From NCBI GenBank assembly GCA_943371225.1, contig CALRUD020000002.1:142832-206831 (forward strand): a DNA stretch of 64,000 bases. Reading direction: 5' to 3'. The translations under genes and the position numbers were made by a program. Below are positions 31,074 to 39,959 of the stretch, piece by piece. Within the stretch, counting starts at the first letter, position 1. Every line of letters starts with the position of its first letter. The DNA is from Rhizobium sp. Q54. GTDB lineage: Bacteria; Pseudomonadota; Gammaproteobacteria; Burkholderiales; Burkholderiaceae_C. A model generated the notes under the pieces. It did not search any database, was not told the DNA's origin, and saw only the letters and a program-made list of their open reading frames with translations.

Positions 31074-32326
31074 GGCGTGCCGGGCACCTGAACGGCTGGT
31101 CTGGTGCCGGGCTCGCCGTGGCGGCGCACCAGCGTCCAGGCCACTGCAGCAAGCACCGTGCTCCATAGCCACAGCCCGTTGGTCAGGGGCAGCACCGTGC
31201 CGTCGAGCCGCTGGCCCAGCCAGCCGCCCATGCCAAACGCGGCCACCATCATCAGGAAGCCGTTCATCGCAGAAGCAGCGCCTGCCGACTGCGGGAATGG
31301 CCCGACGGCACCGCTCTGCCCGCAGGGCTGGTGCACGCCGTGGCCGAGCATGAACAGCATGTGCGGCACCATGATGGCCCAAACGGAATGCACCCCGGCC
31401 AACGCCAGAACACCCATCACCGTGCCGCCAGTCACACTCAGCACGGCAGCCATGGCCACCGTTTTGCGCACACCGTGCCGTGGCAGCAGGTGGCGGCAGA
31501 TGAAGGTGCCGATGATGTAGGCCAGCGACGACGCCAGCATGATGAGGCCATAGACCGTCTTGCTCACGCCCAGCACCTCGATGAACACGAACGAAGACGA
31601 GGCCAAAAAAGTGAACAGGCCCGCGTACGACGCGGTGGACAGCGCCGAGAACGCGATGAAGGTCGGGTGGCGAAACAGCGTGATCCAGTTGCCGACGAGT
31701 TTGCGCGGGCGCAGTGCATCCATGCTTTTCTGCGGCAGGGTTTCCTCAAAGCGCAGGGCAATGAGCAGCAGCGCGCCGCCGCCGAATACCGCCAGTGCCG
31801 CGAGGGCTGCCCGCCATCCATACAGTTCTGACAGCAAACCGCCTAGCGGCGCGCTGATGCAGGCCAGTACACCCAGGCCGGTGAGCCCCTTGGACATCAC
31901 GCGCGCACCTTCCAGCGGCATGTAGAGGTCGCGCACGATGGCGCGAGCGCACATGACCACCGCACCCATGGCAGCGCCCTGCACCACACGCCAGACGATC
32001 AGTAACGCCATCGAAGGCGCCAGCGTGCAGGCCACCGAGGCCAGGGTGTAAGCCGACAAACCCCAGAGCAGCACAGGGCGACGCCCGAAGCGATCAGACA
32101 GCGGGCCCCAGATCAGCTGCGACAACCCGAATGCCAGCAGCAGTGCGCTGAGGGTGAGTTGGGCCTGCGATAGGGGGGCGCCGAAGCCGGTCGTCATCGC
32201 TGGCAGGGCGGGCAGGTAGAGATCGGTAGTGACCGGCTGTATGCCCAGCAGCGTGGCCAGGATGATCACCAGAAGCCCCATGGACATGGGCTTGGCGGGA
32301 GCCGCGCCGGGGACGCGATCACCCAT
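31070..32326 (-). CDS. Bcr/CflA family MFS efflux transporter
   Basis: [23 protein letters not shown] and IVRDLY motifs, 12 TM. Start may be 32284. Confidence 0.9.
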   Translation of the reverse strand: MGDRVPGAAPAKPMSMGLLVIILATLLGIQPVTTDLYLPALPAMTTGFGAPLSQAQLTLSALLLAFGLSQLIWGPLSDRFGRRPVLLWGLSAYTLASVACTLAPSMALLIVWRVVQGAAMGAVVMCARAIVRDLYMPLEGARVMSKGLTGLGVLACISAPLGGLLSELYGWRAALAALAVFGGGALLLIALRFEETLPQKSMDALRPRKLVGNWITLFRHPTFIAFSALSTASYAGLFTFLASSSFVFIEVLGVSKTVYGLIMLASSLAYIIGTFICRHLLPRHGVRKTVAMAAVLSVTGGTVMGVLALAGVHSVWAIMVPHMLFMLGHGVHQPCGQSGAVGPFPQSAGAASAMNGFLMMVAAFGMGGWLGQRLDGTVLPLTNGLWLWSTVLAAVAWTLVRRHGEPGTRPAVQVPGTP

Positions 32327-32337
32327 GGAAAGAGCCC

Positions 32338-32736
32338 TCAGCGAAGACCGGACTTGTATTTTTCCAGCATCTTGGCGCGCAGTTCTTCCTCGGAGAGATT
32401 CTTCTTGGCATGGGCTGTCGGGTTGGCATCTGGCGCGGCTTGGGTTTTGCCTTGTTCCTCAGGACTTGGCGGGGCATCGGCGGTGCGTACCCGCTTATTG
32501 TCTCCGCTGTTCCTTGGCCCGAACATTTTCTGCTCTACGTAGATCGCGTTTTCCCGCAGGCGGTCGTCCTTGCTGGCATGGGCCTGTTTCAGAACTTCCA
32601 GTGCGTAGGGCCGGTCGGACAGGAACTTGTTGACGTCCAGAAAGAGGCCGAATTCACGGCGGATGGGCGTCACCATCCGGATCAGCAGATTGGTGATCTC
32701 GGACTCGGAATTGGGTTCGCTCATGGTCAGGTCCAT
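32338..32736 (-). CDS. Hypothetical protein
   Basis: 132-aa ORF between amt and the MFS gene. Helical N-terminus, Pro/Ala linker and C-terminal KYKSGLR. Confidence 0.65.
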   Translation of the reverse strand: MDLTMSEPNSESEITNLLIRMVTPIRREFGLFLDVNKFLSDRPYALEVLKQAHASKDDRLRENAIYVEQKMFGPRNSGDNKRVRTADAPPSPEEQGKTQAAPDANPTAHAKKNLSEEELRAKMLEKYKSGLR

Positions 32737-32755
32737 GCTGCTGGTCTTTGTTCAG

Positions 32756-34111
32756 TCAGTGACCCGAAAGCATCTCACCATGCTGCGCAATGTCCAGGCC
32801 CACTTGTTCCTCGTTGGCGGCGACCCGCAGCCCGGCCAGCGGCTTGACGATCAGCAGGATGACCCAGGTGGCGGCAGCAGAGTAAGCAAATACCGTGACC
32901 GCACCAAGTGCGTTGGTCATCACGGTAGCGGTGACGGGGGCGATTTCCTTCAGCGCAAAGACGGGTGTCAACAGCGTGCCGACCAGTCCGCCCACACCAT
33001 GCAGTGCGAACACATCGAGTGTGTCGTCGATCCGCGTCATCTTCTTGAAACGGGTCACCGCGAGGAAGCAGACCACACTGGCTATGGCGCCAATCGCCAG
33101 CGCGCCCATGGGGCCCACGAAGCCGGAGGCCGGTGTCACGGCCACCAGCCCGGCAATGGCACCGGTGGCCATGCCCAGCACGCTGAACTGGCCGCGCAGC
33201 ACGTATTCGCACATGCCCCACACGAAGGCCGCGACGCATGCGGCGACCTGCGTCGCCAGCAGCGCGCCGACGGCCCGTGAACTGGCTTCAAACGCCGAGC
33301 CGGCATTGAAGCCGAACCAGCCAGCCCAGAGCAGACCAGCACCGATCACAGTGATCAGCACGTTGTGCGGGACCATGGCCTCTTTGCCAAAACCGGTGCG
33401 TGGCCCGACCACTGTCGCGGCCACCAGGCCAGAAGCGCCCGCTGCGATGTGCACCACCGTGCCACCGGCAAAGTCCATGTGGCCCATGGAAGCCAGCCAG
33501 CCGTTCGGGTGCCAGATCCAGTGCGCCACGGGGGCGTAGACCAGCACCGACCAGAAGGCTGCAAAAAAGATTGTGGCGCTCAGGCGCATGCGTTCCACCG
33601 TCGCACCGATCACGATGGCAAAGGTGATGATGGCAAATGACAGCTGGAACAGGAAGAACGCGGACTCGGGAACGGTCGGGGCAGAGGGATGACTGCCGAC
33701 TGTGGGGCCGATCAGCCCTTCGCCGAGGGCGCGGCTCAAGTCACCAAAATAAGGGGTGCCGCTGGTGAAGGCAATCGAGTAACCGACAGCGACCCAAAGC
33801 AGCGTGATCACGGTGGTGGCGGCGAAGGTGTGGGCGACCACTGACAGTGCATTCTTGGTGCGCAGCATGCCGCTGTAAAACAGCATGAGCCCCGGGATGG
33901 TCATGAGCAACACCAGCACGATACTGATCAGCATCCACGCCGTATCGCCACTGTTGAAGCGCACTACCGCCTCGGTCACCGCGCTACCGGCTGATGCCGG
34001 GGCTGCGGATGGGTCGGGGGGGGTGGGTGTCTGGGCGTGCGCGAGGCCGCCCATGATGAAAAGCATGGCCATGAAGGCCCAGGTGCAGATTTTGGTGGCG
34101 TACATCGGCAT
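32756..34111 (-). CDS. amtB: Ammonium transporter (Amt family) with signal peptide
   Basis: FQLSFA, HWIW, DFAGGTVVH, WFGFNAGS and DDTLDVFALHG (twin-His and Phe gate present). GGAGG RBS before ATG 34111. Confidence 0.93.
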   Translation of the reverse strand: MPMYATKICTWAFMAMLFIMGGLAHAQTPTPPDPSAAPASAGSAVTEAVVRFNSGDTAWMLISIVLVLLMTIPGLMLFYSGMLRTKNALSVVAHTFAATTVITLLWVAVGYSIAFTSGTPYFGDLSRALGEGLIGPTVGSHPSAPTVPESAFFLFQLSFAIITFAIVIGATVERMRLSATIFFAAFWSVLVYAPVAHWIWHPNGWLASMGHMDFAGGTVVHIAAGASGLVAATVVGPRTGFGKEAMVPHNVLITVIGAGLLWAGWFGFNAGSAFEASSRAVGALLATQVAACVAAFVWGMCEYVLRGQFSVLGMATGAIAGLVAVTPASGFVGPMGALAIGAIASVVCFLAVTRFKKMTRIDDTLDVFALHGVGGLVGTLLTPVFALKEIAPVTATVMTNALGAVTVFAYSAAATWVILLIVKPLAGLRVAANEEQVGLDIAQHGEMLSGH

Positions 34112-34149
34112 CAAACCCTCCTGAATTGTTGTCACCCTGGCGACTCGAA

Positions 34150-34170
34150 AGTGTTACACGTCGTAACACT
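34150..34170. promoter_or_regulatory. Palindromic operator candidate upstream of amt
   Basis: AGTGTTAC-ACGTC-GTAACACT, a perfect 8-bp arm pair. Confidence 0.55.
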
Positions 34171-34392
34171 AGCAGCAGCGTGCACTTTTCTACTAGGGGT
34201 AAATCATAGGTTTCGTGGCGTTTTTTTACGATGCGTGAATAATTCCGCAGGTCGCTGCAGCGTGCCGTGTCACCTGCCAGCCACCGGGCCGCCTGTTGAG
34301 AGAGGGCGCCCTTCGCTACCGGTTTTTTGCCGTCTTGATCTTCACGCCGCGTGCCAGAACAACATCAACAAAAGCGCCCATCCTTCCAGGTT

Positions 34393-34833
34393 ATGCAACT
34401 TCCCCTCACACCTTCTCCATTCGCCCAAAAGCTGGGTTACGCCGGTTTGCTTCCGTTTCTAGGCGCAGCTGCCGGTGCGTGGCTGTTGCAGGCACCCGGC
34501 TTGCAGGCCTGGGCCGGTGTCGCGCTGCTGGCCTACGGGGCCTTGATTGCCACATTTTTGGGCGGCATCCACTGGGGGCTGGCGATGCGGGGTGCTGATC
34601 CGGTCAGATCGCGTCTGGCGTGGGGCGTGGTGCCCAGCCTGGTGGCGTGGGTCGCGCTGATGCTTCCGCTCGGTGCCGGGCTCCTGGTCGTGGCGGCGGT
34701 GCTGGCGACTTGCTATGCCGTGGACCGGGTGCTGTACGCAAGTGCCGGTCTGGCCGGGTGGTTGACGCTGCGTCTGCAGCTTACCGCCGTCGCGACGGCC
34801 AGTTGTGTGGCAGGTGCCTGGGCGCTTTATTGA
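34393..34833 (+). CDS. DUF3429 membrane protein
   Basis: LGYAGLLPF and YGA.I.TFLGGIHWG motifs. Confidence 0.85.
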   Translation: MQLPLTPSPFAQKLGYAGLLPFLGAAAGAWLLQAPGLQAWAGVALLAYGALIATFLGGIHWGLAMRGADPVRSRLAWGVVPSLVAWVALMLPLGAGLLVVAAVLATCYAVDRVLYASAGLAGWLTLRLQLTAVATASCVAGAWALY

Positions 34834-34870
34834 TCTGCGTTGACAGGCGGATCAGCCGAGGGTTGACCGG

Positions 34871-36772
34871 TCAGCGGCCGCGCATGAACAGCGCATCCAG
34901 CTCGCGCACGCTGAGCTGACGCCAGGTGGGGCGGCCGTGGTTGCACTGGTCGGAGCGCTCGGTCGCTTCCATTTGCCGCAGCAGGGCGTTCATCTCTTCC
35001 AGCGTGAGCTTGCGATTGGCGCGCACGGCGCCATGGCACGCCATGGTGCCCAGCAGTTCGTTCTGGGCGCGCTGAATCACGGTGGAGGCGTCGTGCTGCG
35101 CCAGCTCGGCCAGCACACTGCGGGCCAGCTCGACCGCGTCTCCCTGGGCCAGCGTCACCGGCACCGCGCGCACGGCGAGGGTCTTTGGCGAGAAGGGCAC
35201 GATTTCAAGGCCCAGGGTCGCCAGCACGTCAGCGCTGCTTTCGGCGGTGGCCACTTCCTGCGGGCTGGCCGCAAAGGTGGCTGGAATCAGCAGCGGCTGG
35301 CTCGCGATGCGGGAGGTGTCCAGCTGCGTCTTCAGGCGCTCGTAAACGATGCGCTCGTGGGCTGCATGCATGTCCACAATCACCAGCCCCTGTGCGTTTT
35401 CGGCCAGTACGTAAATGCCTTGCAACTGGGCGATGGCCCGGCCCAGCGGCCAGTCGCCTGCCGGTAAGACGGGGGTGTCTGCTGGGCGGCTGTTGCTGAT
35501 GGCAGCTGGATGGGCTGACGTTGGGCTGTCGCCTGACGACTGGGGCCACATGGCCTCAAAATCCGACGCGCGTGAAGCGGCGGGTGCTGAAAACCCCATC
35601 GACGGCTGAGCCCAGCCCTGCTGGGAGAAAACGACGGGCCCGCCTGCCATGCCAGAGGCGCCATCGTTCGGCGCTGCTTCCGCTAATCCCGCTGTGCTGC
35701 TGGCCGAATCGCCCCCCGTGGCCGACGAGCGCGGCACCGCCAGTGCGTTCTCGGCCGCGTGGCGCACGGCCTGATGCACTTCCCGGCCATCGCGAAAGCG
35801 CACCTCAATCTTGGTCGGGTGCACATTCACATCGACCCGCGCCGGGTCCATCTCGACGTACAGCGCATACACCGGCTGGCGGTGGCCGTGCAACACGTCT
35901 TCATAGGCGCTGCGTGCTGCGTGCGTCAATACCTTGTCCCGCACATAGCGGCCATTGACATAGGCGAACTGCTGGTCGGCGCGCGAGCGGGCGGCGTCCG
36001 GAATACCGGCGCGGCCCCACACCCGCACCGCTGGCGAGCCATCGGCACGGCGGGCGCTGCTTTCATAGTGCACGGCGACCGACTGCTCGACGAAGGCGCT
36101 GCCCAGCACGTCGGCCATGCGTTGCGAGTGGGCCTGCATCGACTCGCCTGCGCATGCGCGCCACTGCTCCACGAGCTTGCCTTCATGCCAGATCGAAAAG
36201 CCCACATCGGGCCTCGCCAGCGCGTGGCGACGCACCGCTTCAATGCAGTGCGCCAGCTCGGTGGCATCGGTCTTGAGAAATTTACGGCGCGCTGGCGTGG
36301 CGTAAAACAGCTCGCGCACATCCACGGTGGTGCCCTGGCTGCGCGCCGCGGGCTTGAGCTCGCCGGTGCGCCCATCCAGCTGCCAGGCGTGCTCTGCGCC
36401 GGCCGTGCGCGAGATGACGCTCATGTCGGCAATCGAGTTGATGGCCGCCAGCGCCTCGCCGCGAAATCCCATGGTGCCGACCGATTCCAGATCCTGCAGG
36501 GAGGCGATCTTGCTGGTGGCGTGGCGGCGCAGGGCCACCGGCAGTTCCTCGCGGGGGATGCCAGCGCCGTCGTCCTCGACGCTGATCTGTCGCACACCGC
36601 CGGCCAGCAGACGCACGGTGACCTGGCGGGCACCGGCATCCAGCGCGTTGTCGACCAGCTCGCGGACCACGGAGGCAGGCCGCTCGACGACCTCTCCCGC
36701 GGCAATCTGGCTGATCAGTTCGTCGGGCAGTTCGCGGATGGGGCGCCGGGTGGCAGGTGGCATGAAGCTCAT
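34871..36772 (-). CDS. mutL: DNA mismatch repair endonuclease MutL
   Basis: IAAGEVVERPASVVRELVDNALDAG, GFRGEAL, DVNVHPTK, DMHAAHER and CNHGRP motifs. Confidence 0.97.
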   Translation of the reverse strand: MSFMPPATRRPIRELPDELISQIAAGEVVERPASVVRELVDNALDAGARQVTVRLLAGGVRQISVEDDGAGIPREELPVALRRHATSKIASLQDLESVGTMGFRGEALAAINSIADMSVISRTAGAEHAWQLDGRTGELKPAARSQGTTVDVRELFYATPARRKFLKTDATELAHCIEAVRRHALARPDVGFSIWHEGKLVEQWRACAGESMQAHSQRMADVLGSAFVEQSVAVHYESSARRADGSPAVRVWGRAGIPDAARSRADQQFAYVNGRYVRDKVLTHAARSAYEDVLHGHRQPVYALYVEMDPARVDVNVHPTKIEVRFRDGREVHQAVRHAAENALAVPRSSATGGDSASSTAGLAEAAPNDGASGMAGGPVVFSQQGWAQPSMGFSAPAASRASDFEAMWPQSSGDSPTSAHPAAISNSRPADTPVLPAGDWPLGRAIAQLQGIYVLAENAQGLVIVDMHAAHERIVYERLKTQLDTSRIASQPLLIPATFAASPQEVATAESSADVLATLGLEIVPFSPKTLAVRAVPVTLAQGDAVELARSVLAELAQHDASTVIQRAQNELLGTMACHGAVRANRKLTLEEMNALLRQMEATERSDQCNHGRPTWRQLSVRELDALFMRGR

Positions 36773-36847
36773 GGGGAATTCATTCTAGGCGCAGTACCCT
36801 CCGCCACCGTGGGCGTTTTGGCCAGGCCAGCGTGGCGACCTGTCAGA

Positions 36848-37507
36848 ATGCCGGTCATGGAATTTTTCGCTCTCCTCATTGACTTCATCGTCCACGTCGA
36901 CAAGCACCTCGAAGCCTTCGTCACGGCTTACGGCGCCTGGGTCTACGCCTTGTTGTTCCTGATTATTTTTGTGGAAACAGGTGTTGTGGTGATGCCTTTT
37001 CTCCCCGGCGATTCGCTGCTGTTTGTGGTGGGTGCCCTGTGCGGTGCCGGGTTGATGAGCTTGCCGCTGGCCGTTGGCCTGTTGTTCACGGCTGCCGTGC
37101 TGGGAGACCAATGCAACTACAGCATCGGGCGTTATTTCGGGCCCAAGGTGTTTCAGTGGGAGCAGTCGCGGTTTTTCAACAAGCGGGCGTTTGACCGCAC
37201 CCATGCTTTCTACGAGCAGTATGGCGGCGTCACCATCATCGTTGCGCGCTTCATGCCTTTCCTGCGCACGTTTGCGCCGTTTGTGGCTGGCGTGGCTGAA
37301 ATGAACCGCCCGAAGTTCATCGCCTTCAACATCGCCGGCGCGTTCCTGTGGGTGGTGGGTCTGTGCGTGGCGGGTTACCTGTTCGGCAATCTGCCCTGGG
37401 TCAAGGAGAACCTCAGCAAGATCATCTGGGCCATGATCCTGATTCCGGGCCTGTTCGTGCTGTTTGGCGCCTGGAAGGCCAGCCGGAGTCAGCCCGCCAA
37501 AATCTGA
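36848..37507 (+). CDS. dedA: DedA family membrane protein
   Basis: FVETGVVVMPFLPGDSLLF and ARFMPFLRTFAPFVAG motifs. This is the C-terminal part of track ORF 35759-37507. Start 36848 or 36857. Confidence 0.9.
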   Translation: MPVMEFFALLIDFIVHVDKHLEAFVTAYGAWVYALLFLIIFVETGVVVMPFLPGDSLLFVVGALCGAGLMSLPLAVGLLFTAAVLGDQCNYSIGRYFGPKVFQWEQSRFFNKRAFDRTHAFYEQYGGVTIIVARFMPFLRTFAPFVAGVAEMNRPKFIAFNIAGAFLWVVGLCVAGYLFGNLPWVKENLSKIIWAMILIPGLFVLFGAWKASRSQPAKI

Positions 37508-37571
37508 TTCCCAACGATACGTGGGCGTATCATTCCGGTTCAACCACCCTGAGACATTTGAACCTGCTGTC

Positions 37572-38918
37572 ATGAACGCACCCACAGAAGGCGGCTCCGC
37601 GCTCTCCCGCTGGAGCACCCCGGGCTCCAGCCGCGTGCCGTTCTGGGCCTACACCGACGCGCAGCTGTACCAGCGTGAGCTGGACCGGATTTTTTACGGA
37701 GCGCACTGGTCCTATGTGGGGCTGCTGGCTGAAATCCCGAACATCGGCGACTACAAGCTGACCCACATCGGTGAGCGGCAAGTGCTGATGGTGCGTGACC
37801 GCGTGGCCCCCAAAGACCGGGGCACAGACCATGGCATCCGCGTCGTTGAAAACCGCTGTGCCCACCGGGGTGTGCGCTTCTGTCAGAACCCGCAGGGCAA
37901 TGCCCGCAGCTTTGTCTGCCCCTACCACCAGTGGACCTACAAGCTCAACGGCGACCTGGCGGGTCTGCCGTTCAAGGACGGGGTGAAAGAGGGCGATTGC
38001 ATCAACGGCGGCATGCCCGAAGGCTTCGATCTGAAGGACCATGGGCTGACCAAGCTGCGCGTGGCCGTGCTGCATGGGTTGGTGTTCGCCACGTTCAGCC
38101 ACGAGGTGGAGCCGCTGGAAGACTACCTCGGCCCGGACGTCATGCCGTGGCTGGACCGCATCTTTAAAGACCGCTCAGCAGAAGTCGCCAAGGGTCGCGA
38201 ACTCACCTTGCTGGGCTACAACCGCCAGCGCATTCCAGGCAACTGGAAGCTGATGATGGAGAACATCAAGGACCCGTACCACCCCGGGTTGCTGCACACC
38301 TGGTTTGTGACCTTCGGGCTTTGGCGCGCCGACCAGAAAAGCCGCATGGTGATGGATGCCAAGGGTCGCCACGCGGTGATGATTTCAAGGCGCAATGAGG
38401 GCGGCGCCAATGCGGCAGTGACCGAGGGCGTGACATCGTTCAAGGCCAACATGACCCTGCACGACGACCGTCTGCTCGACGTGGTGCCAGAGCCGTGGTG
38501 GAAGGTGGATGATCCGTCCAACCCGAGCACCGACATCATGCCCACGGTGACCATGATCACCCTGTTTCCCAGCCTCATCATCCAGCAGCAGGTCAACTCG
38601 CTGAGCACACGCCACATCGTGCCTCGCGGCCCCGGCGAGTTCGATTTCGTCTGGACCCATTTCGGCTTTGCCGATGACACGCCCGAGATGACACAGCGGC
38701 GCCTGCGGCAGGCCAACCTGTTCGGTCCCGCCGGATTCGTCAGTGCCGACGATGGGGAAGTGATCGAATTCAGTCAGGCCGGTTTTGAGCAGGGTGACGA
38801 GAACGCCACCACACTGTGCGAGCTGGGCGGCACCGGAACCGAAGCCACGGAACACATGGTCACTGAAACCCTGATCCGCAGCATGTACGGCTACTGGAAG
38901 AAAGTCATGGGGCTATGA
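37572..38918 (+). CDS. nagG: Rieske ring-hydroxylating oxygenase alpha subunit, salicylate 5-hydroxylase-like
   Basis: Rieske CAH...CPYH and mononuclear Fe DPYHPGLLH motifs. SSRVPFWAYT, NWKLM.ENIKD and QANLFGPAGFVSADDGEVIE closely resemble NagG as recalled. Confidence 0.82.
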   Translation: MNAPTEGGSALSRWSTPGSSRVPFWAYTDAQLYQRELDRIFYGAHWSYVGLLAEIPNIGDYKLTHIGERQVLMVRDRVAPKDRGTDHGIRVVENRCAHRGVRFCQNPQGNARSFVCPYHQWTYKLNGDLAGLPFKDGVKEGDCINGGMPEGFDLKDHGLTKLRVAVLHGLVFATFSHEVEPLEDYLGPDVMPWLDRIFKDRSAEVAKGRELTLLGYNRQRIPGNWKLMMENIKDPYHPGLLHTWFVTFGLWRADQKSRMVMDAKGRHAVMISRRNEGGANAAVTEGVTSFKANMTLHDDRLLDVVPEPWWKVDDPSNPSTDIMPTVTMITLFPSLIIQQQVNSLSTRHIVPRGPGEFDFVWTHFGFADDTPEMTQRRLRQANLFGPAGFVSADDGEVIEFSQAGFEQGDENATTLCELGGTGTEATEHMVTETLIRSMYGYWKKVMGL

Positions 38919-39409
38919 CGGTCAGCGATCAGACCTTGCAGCGCCTGCTGCTGCAGCAGTCGCTGGACCAGCTCAATGCCGAGTACGCTGCGGCGCTGGA
39001 CGAAAAGCGATTCGACGACTGGCCGGCGTTTTTTGTGGAAAACGGCAGTTACAAGGTTCAGGCGCGCGAGAATTTTGATCGCGGCTTGCCACTGGCGCTG
39101 ATCGCGCTGGAAAGCCAGGGCATGATGAAAGACCGTGTCTACGGCGCGACCCAGACGATTTACCATGGCCCGTACTACATGCGCCATGTGATCAGCCTGG
39201 CGCGTGTGCTGGCGGTGGAGGGCGAGGTGATCCGTGCCCAGGCCCACTACGCGGTATTCCGCACCAAGCCCGGTGGTGTGAGCGAGGTGTACAACGTCGG
39301 TCGCTATGTGGATGAGATCGTTTGCACCGAAGCCGGGCTGAAGTTCAAAAGCCGCCTGTGTGTCTACGACAGCGAGATGATTCTCAACTCGTTGATCTAT
39401 CCCATCTGA
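38915..39409 (+). CDS. nagH: Ring-hydroxylating oxygenase beta subunit, NagH-like
   Basis: RENFDRGLPLA, DRVYG.TQTIYH.PYY.RH and DSEMILNSLIYPI motifs. ATGA-coupled to the alpha subunit. Confidence 0.8.
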   Translation: MTVSDQTLQRLLLQQSLDQLNAEYAAALDEKRFDDWPAFFVENGSYKVQARENFDRGLPLALIALESQGMMKDRVYGATQTIYHGPYYMRHVISLARVLAVEGEVIRAQAHYAVFRTKPGGVSEVYNVGRYVDEIVCTEAGLKFKSRLCVYDSEMILNSLIYPI

Positions 39410-39455
39410 GCGCCCCTGCGCCAGATCGTTACGTCCCCATATCGCGTGGCCCACG

Positions 39456-39480
39456 AAAAACGGGGGACCGAAGTCCCCCG
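39456..39480 (-). terminator. Intrinsic terminator
   Basis: CGGGGGAC-CGAA-GTCCCCCG hairpin preceded by AAAAA, which gives a U-tract on the minus strand. Lies between convergent genes. Confidence 0.7.
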
Positions 39481-39550
39481 CTGGAGTGAACAGCCCTGCA
39501 ACGGCAGGAGGGTGATAGACCCTCCCGCTTCGCGCGGGGTTTTCAGTTCC

Positions 39551-39760
39551 TTATTTCTTGCCGATTTCGTTGCCGATCAGCGCACCGGCTGCGGCGCCAC
39601 CCACGGTGCCGAGCGTGCCGCCGAAGACGGCGTTACCGACCACACCACCGGCCACGGCGCCGACGCCGGTACCGATTTGTGCGCGTGTCGGGTTGGTTCC
39701 GCAACCGGTCAGGGCGATCAGGCTGGCGGCGGCGACAGAAATCAAAATTTTCGTATTCAT
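39551..39760 (-). CDS. Glycine-zipper 2TM lipoprotein (OsmB-like)
   Basis: Lipobox LTGC and GAVAGGVVG...GGAAAGALIG. Confidence 0.85.
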   Translation of the reverse strand: MNTKILISVAAASLIALTGCGTNPTRAQIGTGVGAVAGGVVGNAVFGGTLGTVGGAAAGALIGNEIGKK

Positions 39761-39959
39761 GGTGTGTTCCTTTGCATGTGGTTTCAGGCCTCGGGCCGTA
39801 GACGTTCACAAAGTGACAGTCAGGCGATTCCTGTAAATGAACTGTAGTTGGCACACCAGTCGCCACCTGTAGGACAAAACCGTCCGGCTGCGTCGGTGCG
39901 TCGCCGCACATTCAGCGTGTCTTGGGGATGCTGATGGCCCCCCGGCCTGTGGAGCGGTC

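Noticed and set aside
34170-34270. Sigma54 promoter for amt
   Set aside because: Candidate GCACG motifs lack the GG-N10-GC spacing.
35759-36847. Long N-terminal extension of DedA in the ORF track (582 aa)
   Set aside because: It is antisense to mutL. The real DedA begins at about 36848.
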